Assembly: GCA_963716945.1 (NCBI GenBank)
Contig: OY970322.1
Span: 60,001-92,000, forward strand
DNA length: 32,000 bases
Direction: 5' to 3'
From: Candidatus Saccharimonadota bacterium
Lineage (GTDB): Bacteria > Patescibacteriota > Saccharimonadia > Saccharimonadales > UBA4665
Under the pieces are notes generated by a model that saw only the letters and a list, made by a program, of their open reading frames with translations, did not search any database and had not been told where the DNA came from. The position numbers were made by a program, and so were the translations under genes. Position 1 is the first letter of the stretch. Each line of letters opens with the position of its first letter. Shown here piece by piece: positions 24,668 to 30,519 of this stretch.

Positions 24668-25137
24668 CTTGGGCCGCCCTCTACGCCTAAGGCTCCGTAC
24701 CTGTCTACCAGGGTCCGGGCCAGTTCGTGGCCGGTCTGGCCGGCGTCGATAGCATCCTGGATGGCGTTCGCCACCTCTTCTGCGGCATTGACGTTGACAT
24801 CGCGCAAGACGGTGGCACCGGCGTTAACGGCTTCTTGGTGAACCGCGTATTTTATCCTTTGCGGACCATGGTCCTCGCCCGGATTGTTGGACAGAATAAA
24901 AACCGGCACGCCCCTCCCCACAGCCCTGGCGATGTGGGGATTAAGTACCTCCGGCGTGGTTCCCGAAGCAAAGCCCTCGATTACCAGGGCCTTTGAACCG
25001 GCATTCTCTATGGCATCAAAGAACTCGGCTGTCAGGCCGGGATTACCCATAAGCGCCGGCGTGGCCGGTAGAAAAGCGACTTCCAGGTTGCGGGGCTCGC
25101 CTTCCGAGGCACCGGCCTGTTCCAATACTTGCGTCAT
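24664..25137 (-). CDS. asparaginase C-terminal-domain-only protein (possible gene remnant)
   Basis: The pattern VAFLPATPALMGNPGLTAEFFDAIENAGSKALVIEGFASGTTP...ARAVGRGVPVFILSN matches the C-terminal domain of type I asparaginase/GatD. No N-terminal catalytic Thr domain is present. Start placed at M32 (25137) to clear the upstream gene. Confidence 0.5.
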   Translation of the reverse strand: MTQVLEQAGASEGEPRNLEVAFLPATPALMGNPGLTAEFFDAIENAGSKALVIEGFASGTTPEVLNPHIARAVGRGVPVFILSNNPGEDHGPQRIKYAVHQEAVNAGATVLRDVNVNAAEEVANAIQDAIDAGQTGHELARTLVDRYGALGVEGGPS

Positions 25138-25159
25138 ACGCAGGATTGTAACATGGCTG

Positions 25160-25726
25160 TCAGCTTGTCTGCGAACCGGTAACCGTGACGAACCGACGGA
25201 TAGCTTCGTAGTCCACGGCCGTGAAGTCATCTGCGTTAACTTTTAGTAGGTTAGGCGACAGTTCAAGCGGGCGGTAGCGGTGAATGCCAATCCCTATAGC
25301 TTCCAGCGCCACCAGCGGATACCATAAATGGTCTCTATGAGCCTTGTGCCTTTCGCCGCTCCGGTTTCTGCGGACATAGCGTTTTAGGATCGTGAAGCCC
25401 CGCGCGTAGCAGAATATTTCCAGGACGGTCGTGTCCGGCTCAATCAACTTTCTGATCTCATAACCGTTTTTAGGTAGGAAATTGCCTTCGACTATAAGCG
25501 TTCCCGGACTACTAGCCCGGGCGGCGATCGTCTTATACATTTCCAGCCAGCTGTCGTTTTCGATTTTTGCCAGCTGTCTCAGGCCGGGCCGGCCGCCGAA
25601 CGAATCGAACCGCCGCTCCTTGTAGTCGTCTTTTAGGAAAGCCTGAACTTTCAGGTCGGCGGCTAACTTGTGCGCCAGGGTCGACTTGCCGGTCGAACTC
25701 GGGCCTCCTATAATCACCAGTTTCAT
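25160..25726 (-). CDS. P-loop kinase-like NTPase (AAA_33-like)
   Basis: 188 aa with Walker A GGPSSTGKST at the extreme N-terminus and a small-kinase architecture. The subfamily was not recognised. Confidence 0.55.
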   Translation of the reverse strand: MKLVIIGGPSSTGKSTLAHKLAADLKVQAFLKDDYKERRFDSFGGRPGLRQLAKIENDSWLEMYKTIAARASSPGTLIVEGNFLPKNGYEIRKLIEPDTTVLEIFCYARGFTILKRYVRRNRSGERHKAHRDHLWYPLVALEAIGIGIHRYRPLELSPNLLKVNADDFTAVDYEAIRRFVTVTGSQTS

Positions 25727-25778
25727 CCGTACTAAGTATAGACCAGCAGCGGCCTGCCCCGTTTGCTATGCTTAGATC

Positions 25779-26588
25779 ATGGAATTCGCCCTCAAGGTAG
25801 CTGCTTCGTTCCTGGTTGGCGGGGCTTACGTGGCGCTCGTGACTTACGTTTCCGAGCACATCAATCCGAGGGCCGGCGGCGTTTTGGCCGGCCTGCCTTC
25901 GACCGCTCTCATCGGCCTGATTTTCATTGCTTTGACGCAAAACGACGACGCTGCCGTCAGAGCCGGGGTCGCCATACCGGCCGGTTTCGGATTTACAACT
26001 TTATTAGTCGCTGTTTACGTTAGTTTAAGGAAAAGTCATGGGATTGCCGGCGCTATGATCAAAGCCGTAGGACTTTGGCTGGTCATGGCCGTTACGGTCT
26101 TCAGCTTGTTGCCCAAGTCGCTGCTCCTGGCAACGGTAATCTTCCTGGTTTGTTTTACAGTTTCGGTCTTATCGCTGGAAAAGGTCAAAGTCAAGGGCAG
26201 CCGGCGCCTGCCGATAAGCAGCCAGGAGCTAGTAGCCAGGGCTCTAGTCGCCGGAACATTAATAGCCATCTCAGTCATCCTGGCCAAGGTACTGGGCGCT
26301 TTTATCGGCGGCATCGTCGCCTCTTTCCCGGTGATAGTCATAACTTCCCTGATGATCCTTGACCATAAGCGCGGCGAAAACCTGATGGTCGCCACCGGCA
26401 AAACCATGCCTTTCGGCTCTTTCGGTACCGTGGCTTTCCTAATCGGCTTTCACTTCCTGGTGCCCGCGTGGGGCCTAGTCACGGGCTTGTTCGGGTCTTA
26501 CGCGCTGTCGGTAATCTTCGCGGTCCTCGCTCTCCAAGCCAGGCTCAAGCTCATCAACGGCAAAGCCTCGGGGACCCCTCAGACCTAG
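25779..26588 (+). CDS. polytopic membrane protein with internal duplication (two DUF3147-like halves)
   Basis: 269 aa. Half 1 (LVGGAYVALVTYVSEHINPRAGGVLAGLPSTALIGLIFI) aligns with half 2 (LVAGTLIAISVILAKVLGAFIGGIVASFPVIVITSLMIL). Confidence 0.6.
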   Translation: MEFALKVAASFLVGGAYVALVTYVSEHINPRAGGVLAGLPSTALIGLIFIALTQNDDAAVRAGVAIPAGFGFTTLLVAVYVSLRKSHGIAGAMIKAVGLWLVMAVTVFSLLPKSLLLATVIFLVCFTVSVLSLEKVKVKGSRRLPISSQELVARALVAGTLIAISVILAKVLGAFIGGIVASFPVIVITSLMILDHKRGENLMVATGKTMPFGSFGTVAFLIGFHFLVPAWGLVTGLFGSYALSVIFAVLALQARLKLINGKASGTPQT

Positions 26589-26615
26589 CCAAGCTTCATA
26601 AGTTATAATGTCACC

Positions 26616-27566
26616 ATGGACTTGACCGAGCGCCAGGAATATGAACTTTTGGCCGCTATTTCAGCCCGAGGTGAAATACCTGTAAAATTCGCTTATATAG
26701 GCGACGGCGCCATGCTGTGGGATGCCATCTACAAGGATCCGGCGCATAGTAGCGGCATCAACGACAGCGAAATGGATTTAATGATGTCCCACATTGAAAG
26801 TTTTCTACAAACTTTCAAGCATGCAGGAGGTGTCAATTTAATAGATCTCGGCTGCGGCAACGGCCTGCCGGCCATCCAAATTATTAAGAAGCTTCGCGAA
26901 CATGGCTTGCGGGTCAATTACGTGGCGGTAGACCTAAGCCGGGAACTGCTTGAGCTGGCTTCTGCCAACATTAAAGAAGCGCTGGGTGACATTCCCGTTA
27001 ACAATATCCAGCTTGACTTTGAAAATGAAAGCCTAGCCAGCAAGCTGCTGAACATCAAGCAGGCCACCAAGCTGCCTAACTTTCTAATTAACCTCGGCAA
27101 TACCCTTGGTAATTACGTTAATGTCAACAGCGTACTTACCAATTTTCTTCAATCTATGACGCTGGAAGACTACCTCATAATAGGCAACGGCTTGGCCAAT
27201 GATCAAAACCCTCAAAAGATACTGAGCGGTTATGGCGAAGCTATCAAAAAATCGGTTACCGCTTTGCCTCAGGCGCTGGGACTATACAAAGAAGGTGAAG
27301 ATTATACGGTCCTCTGGAACCCGGCGCAGCACCGAGTCGAAGCCCGTATTAGGCTTAATGAGAACAAGCAGCTGTCACTTGCCAAACAATCTGTCAACAT
27401 GGAAGCCGGCGATGAAATACTAATTATGCAGTCCCGCAAATACACCGAATCCTCCCTGACAAAACTCCTGTCCAACGTCGGTTTCAGGACCGAACTGCTG
27501 ACGACCAACCGCAACCGCAGCTACATTCTGGCGATGATCCAGCCGACCCGTTACAGCGCTTCTTGA
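26616..27566 (+). CDS. EgtD-like SAM-dependent methyltransferase (Methyltransf_33-like)
   Basis: 316 aa whose motif order resembles histidine-specific methyltransferase EgtD. The motifs are PVKFAYIGDGAMLWDAIYKDP, LIDLGCGNGLPA, YVAVDLSRELL, FLINLGNTLGNY and YLIIGNGL. TATAAT (26604..26609) lies 6 nt before the ATG. Confidence 0.55.
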   Translation: MDLTERQEYELLAAISARGEIPVKFAYIGDGAMLWDAIYKDPAHSSGINDSEMDLMMSHIESFLQTFKHAGGVNLIDLGCGNGLPAIQIIKKLREHGLRVNYVAVDLSRELLELASANIKEALGDIPVNNIQLDFENESLASKLLNIKQATKLPNFLINLGNTLGNYVNVNSVLTNFLQSMTLEDYLIIGNGLANDQNPQKILSGYGEAIKKSVTALPQALGLYKEGEDYTVLWNPAQHRVEARIRLNENKQLSLAKQSVNMEAGDEILIMQSRKYTESSLTKLLSNVGFRTELLTTNRNRSYILAMIQPTRYSAS

Positions 27567-27606
27567 GAGGCCAGCCTGGCTGCCTGTAGCTAATTCGCAC
27601 AACCAA

Positions 27607-27631
27607 AAAGCCCGGCTTAACACCGGGCTTT
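27607..27631 (-). terminator. intrinsic terminator (strong on minus strand; possibly bidirectional)
   Basis: 9-bp stem AAAGCCCGG/CCGGGCTTT with a 7-nt loop. On the minus-strand transcript the GC core is followed by UUUUU. On the plus strand it lies 40 nt after the EgtD-like stop, with only a UUU tail. Confidence 0.65.
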
Positions 27632-27652
27632 CGGATTAGGAAGCCGCTTTCG

Positions 27653-27745
27653 TCAAAGCTTCCTCAGCAGACGGTCGATTTTCGCAAAAACGCCGCCGCC
27701 GGCTGGACCAATCAACTCAAATGACAGTCCGTTGCTGGATTTCAT
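27653..27745 (-). CDS. candidate 30-aa cationic amphipathic peptide (below the ORF-track cutoff)
   Basis: Hand translation gives MKSSNGLSFELIGPAGGGVFAKIDRLLRKL followed by TGA. AGGAG lies 5 nt upstream of the ATG. The ORF is framed by a consensus promoter and an intrinsic terminator. Confidence 0.45.
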   Translation of the reverse strand: MKSSNGLSFELIGPAGGGVFAKIDRLLRKL

Positions 27746-27811
27746 TCTTACTCCTGTTGTTTATTATTGGTTTTGTAAATGGTTTTTGTTTGTGATCACG
27801 AAACACTATTC

Positions 27812-27839
27812 ATTATACATAAGTTTGTTGTTTTGTCAA
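27812..27839 (-). promoter_or_regulatory. consensus sigma-70 type promoter of the small-peptide transcript
   Basis: Minus strand reads TTGACA (27839..27834), a 16-nt spacer, then TATAAT (27817..27812). Both hexamers are identical to consensus, in an AT-rich context. Confidence 0.6.
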
Positions 27840-27928
27840 ACTGCGTATCTGGCGTTTTGGTGTTCCGCTTGATCTCAACTGTATGATACCGCCTGGCTGA
27901 CCTGCTTGGCAAGGCCGGGTGACATAGA

Positions 27929-28288
27929 TCACGTTGTACTTTTTACTGAACGGCTGGTGGTCCAGAACAGGACTGCCGCGGCGACGAATAGCAGGCCGGA
28001 GAAGCCCAGGAAGACACCGTTAGCATGATGGGGCGGTTTCGCCGTGGCCGTGGCTGTCGTGCTGGCCAACGGCAGGGCCGGCGCCTGCGGACTTAAGCTG
28101 ACCTGCGACAGTGATGTCGAATGCAGCGTTACACCCTGCTGACTGGTCAAGACCGAGTTGGCGGTTTCCGGCTGCAGGCTGCTTGAACTGCCGCCCGCCA
28201 AGCTGCCTTGGCCGGTCGGCTGCAGGCTGCCGGCCTGGGCCGTAGTCTGGGATTGTGAACCGGTCGTAGTCGTAAGTTGGTCAGCCAT
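27929..28288 (-). CDS. hypothetical Ser/Thr/Gln-rich protein with a C-terminal TM anchor
   Basis: 119 aa counted from ATG 28288 (the track uses GTG 28294). The sequence is low-complexity, then GVFLGFSGLLFVAAAVLFW followed by the tail TTSRSVKSTT. No N-terminal signal peptide. TACAAT (28296..28301) lies 7 nt before the ATG. Confidence 0.45.
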   Translation of the reverse strand: MADQLTTTTGSQSQTTAQAGSLQPTGQGSLAGGSSSSLQPETANSVLTSQQGVTLHSTSLSQVSLSPQAPALPLASTTATATAKPPHHANGVFLGFSGLLFVAAAVLFWTTSRSVKSTT

Positions 28289-28336
28289 TGACACTATTGT
28301 AAAGCAAACCGGACTTTTGAGTAGGCGTAAACGTTT

Positions 28337-29902
28337 TTATTCCAGGACCGGCTGTTTGTGGGCGCCGGAACTGCGCAGCGGTACCTCTTTGAGGAACAGC
28401 GAGACGACGAAAGTCAGCAAGGCTACCGGTATAACCAGCAGGAACATGTCGTGGAAAGACAGGGCAAAAGCTTCCAGAACCTTGGACGTCACTGCCGGAG
28501 GCAAGTTATGGATGGTGCTGGTACCGCCGGACTGGATGCTTTTGCTAAGCGCCGCGCCGGACACCCGGCCGGGCAACGCCTGACTAAGATGGTATGCCAG
28601 CCGGCTGGTCAGCACAGCGCCGAATATAGCGCCGCCAAACGATGAGCCCAAGCTGCGGAAGAATGTGGCCGTAGAAGTGGCCGTGCCGAGATGCTCCCGT
28701 TCGACGGCGTTCTGGACGGCCAGCGTCATGACCTGCATGAAGCAGCCTAAACCGGCGCCGACGACCACCATCCAGGCACCGATCGTCCATTCACTGGTGG
28801 TCAGGGTGATATGACTGAACAGCCACAGCCCGAAAGTCAGGATCAGGGTGCCGATAATCGGGAAGGCCCGGTAGCGGCCGTACTTGGTAATCAGCCGCCC
28901 CGAGGCGATTGACGTAATCAGCAAGCCGATGACCAACGGCATCGTCATCAGACCGGACTGGGTCGGCGAATAGCCGCGCACGATCTGCTGGTATTCGGGT
29001 ATGTAGAGGATGGCCGCGAACATGGCGATGCCGGATAGCAGGGACAGGATTACCGAAACCGTGAAGATGCCGTTGCGGAAGAGCATCGGCGGGATAATCG
29101 GTTCCGGTACCCGCCTTTCCCATAACGCGAAAGCGATGGCCAGCAAGACGCCGCCGGCCAGCAGGCTTATGATCTGCGCGGAAGCCCAAGCATAGGTATT
29201 GCCACCCCAGACCGTCGCCAGCAACAGGCAGACGGAGCTGGCCGACAGCAGACCGGCGCCGGTGTAATCGATGTAATGATGCTTTTTGTAAACCGGCAGG
29301 TGGAGCCGGCTGGCGACTGCCGACAGGGCGATTATGCCCAGCGGTACGTTGACGAAGAATATCCAGCGCCAGGATAAGGAGTCTGTCAGGAAACCGCCCA
29401 ATAGCGGCCCGGCCACACTGGAAACGACGAACACTCCGCCGAAATAGCCCATATACTTGCCCCGCTGGCGCGGCGGTATGATATCGCCGACGATGGCCAA
29501 TACCAGCGACATCAGGCCGCCGGCGCCGATGCCTTGCAGCGCCCGGGCCGCCACCAGCTGGTTCATGCTCTGGGAGACACCGCACAACATTGAACCGACC
29601 AGGAAGATAATGATTGCCGACTGGAAGATCTTTTTGCGGCCGAAGAGGTCGCTGATCTTGCCATAAATCGGCGTGCTGATAGCGCTGGTCAACAGGTAGG
29701 CCGTGGCCACCCAGGAAAGCTTGTTAAGGCCGTGCAGGTCGGTCGCTATCCGCGGCAAGGCCGTCGCCACGATCGTCTGGTCAAGCGCGGCCAGCAGCAT
29801 GACCAGCATCAGGGCCGTCATGACGACCATGATTTCGCCGTGGGTGTATTCCCGGCTTATAGCTGATGCCGGACCGGGTTTGGTCGATTCGTCCATACTC
29901 AT
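28337..29902 (-). CDS. MFS transporter, DHA2 (EmrB/QacA-like, 14-TM) family
   Basis: 521 aa with the typical DHA2 N-terminus LDQTIVATALPRIATDLHG...WVATAYLLTSAISTPIYGKISDLFGRKK. Confidence 0.85.
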   Translation of the reverse strand: MSMDESTKPGPASAISREYTHGEIMVVMTALMLVMLLAALDQTIVATALPRIATDLHGLNKLSWVATAYLLTSAISTPIYGKISDLFGRKKIFQSAIIIFLVGSMLCGVSQSMNQLVAARALQGIGAGGLMSLVLAIVGDIIPPRQRGKYMGYFGGVFVVSSVAGPLLGGFLTDSLSWRWIFFVNVPLGIIALSAVASRLHLPVYKKHHYIDYTGAGLLSASSVCLLLATVWGGNTYAWASAQIISLLAGGVLLAIAFALWERRVPEPIIPPMLFRNGIFTVSVILSLLSGIAMFAAILYIPEYQQIVRGYSPTQSGLMTMPLVIGLLITSIASGRLITKYGRYRAFPIIGTLILTFGLWLFSHITLTTSEWTIGAWMVVVGAGLGCFMQVMTLAVQNAVEREHLGTATSTATFFRSLGSSFGGAIFGAVLTSRLAYHLSQALPGRVSGAALSKSIQSGGTSTIHNLPPAVTSKVLEAFALSFHDMFLLVIPVALLTFVVSLFLKEVPLRSSGAHKQPVLE

Positions 29903-29904
29903 GC

Positions 29905-30138
29905 TTATTGCCGGCCGCCGGTTTCGGAATCAAGCGCGTCGGTCAGATTTTTGACCATCGCTTCGACTTCTTCGGATTTAAACAGAATCAGGCCGGGCTT
30001 GTGGGGGCTGCTCATGATAACCACCCGGCTACCGGCCGATAGGCCGAGGCTGTTGCGGGCTTCTACCGGTATCACCAGCTGGCCTTTTTCGTTAAGCGTA
30101 GCCGTACCTAATATCTTGGGGAAATGCGTCGTGTCCAT
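29905..30138 (-). CDS. AbrB/MazE/SpoVT-family DNA-binding protein
   Basis: 77 aa with a SpoVT-AbrB swapped-hairpin pattern (KGQLVIPVEARNSLGLSAGSRVVI). Its stop lies 2 nt before the MFS ATG. Confidence 0.75.
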   Translation of the reverse strand: MDTTHFPKILGTATLNEKGQLVIPVEARNSLGLSAGSRVVIMSSPHKPGLILFKSEEVEAMVKNLTDALDSETGGRQ

Positions 30139-30176
30139 AGCTAAGTTAACCTCTGTGTATTACTTTTCTTACTTTT

Positions 30177-30205
30177 ACTATACAGCACCCGGCCGGCCGA
30201 TGCAA
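30177..30205 (-). promoter_or_regulatory. putative promoter of the abrB-like/MFS operon
   Basis: Minus strand reads TTGCAT (30205..30200), a 17-nt spacer, then TATAGT (30182..30177). A leader of about 38 nt follows, containing an AGAGG motif. Confidence 0.5.
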
Positions 30206-30303
30206 CTTACGCCTTTAATTTTTAGTCCGGATGGTTTATTATGCTTACGATACTGTACTGCGTAGGACAGGTGGGAACGGCGCAATTAAAAGCGAGGTAG
30301 GCT

Positions 30304-30519
30304 ATGTTATCACAATTTGGATTCTTGGACTTCGGTGCACCGGAACTGATTATTATTCTGGCGATCATACTTCTGTTATTCGGCGGCAAGAAGCTGCCGG
30401 AGCTGTCACGCGCGCTCGGCGACTCGATGCGCGAACTACGCAAGGGTTTAAACGGTGATTTGAATGAAGACAAGCAAGAACCAGACAAGAAGTCGCGCCG
30501 GGGGAAAGGTTCCAAATAG
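30304..30519 (+). CDS. tatA: twin-arginine translocase subunit TatA/E
   Basis: 71 aa with a TM helix (LIIILAIILLLFG), the GGKKLPELSRALG hinge/amphipathic helix and a charged tail. GAGGT Shine-Dalgarno motif upstream. Confidence 0.9.
   Translation: MLSQFGFLDFGAPELIIILAIILLLFGGKKLPELSRALGDSMRELRKGLNGDLNEDKQEPDKKSRRGKGSK

Noticed and set aside
27653-27745. Resemblance of the 30-aa peptide N-terminus (MKSSNG-LSFELIG) to a type IV prepilin leader (G-FTLIE).
   Set aside because: The Glu is at +4 rather than +5. The following segment is Gly-rich rather than a long hydrophobic helix. At 30 aa the peptide is far too short for a pilin.
27573-27904. A near-repeat GCCTGGCTG(A)CCTG at 27573..27586 and 27891..27904, flanking the small-peptide unit. 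It could be a target-site duplication or mobile cassette boundary.
   Set aside because: It is only a 9-mer plus 4 nt with an indel, in GC-rich DNA. No terminal inverted repeats or recombinase gene are present. It needs a statistical or comparative check before any weight is given.
27929-28030. The C-terminal TM helix plus basic tail of the 119-aa protein as a sortase (LPXTG) or PGF/PEP-CTERM sorting signal.
   Set aside because: No LPXTG, PEP or PGF motif precedes the helix. The protein also lacks an N-terminal signal peptide, which those systems require.
23295-30303. A direct repeat of the tRNA(CAU) 3' end (att-like site) that would delimit an integrated island.
   Set aside because: I could not find a copy of GGTTCAAATCCACTCGCCGCTACCA, or of its last 12 nt or more, by eye in the intergenic regions downstream. 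The island idea is kept only as a compositional observation.
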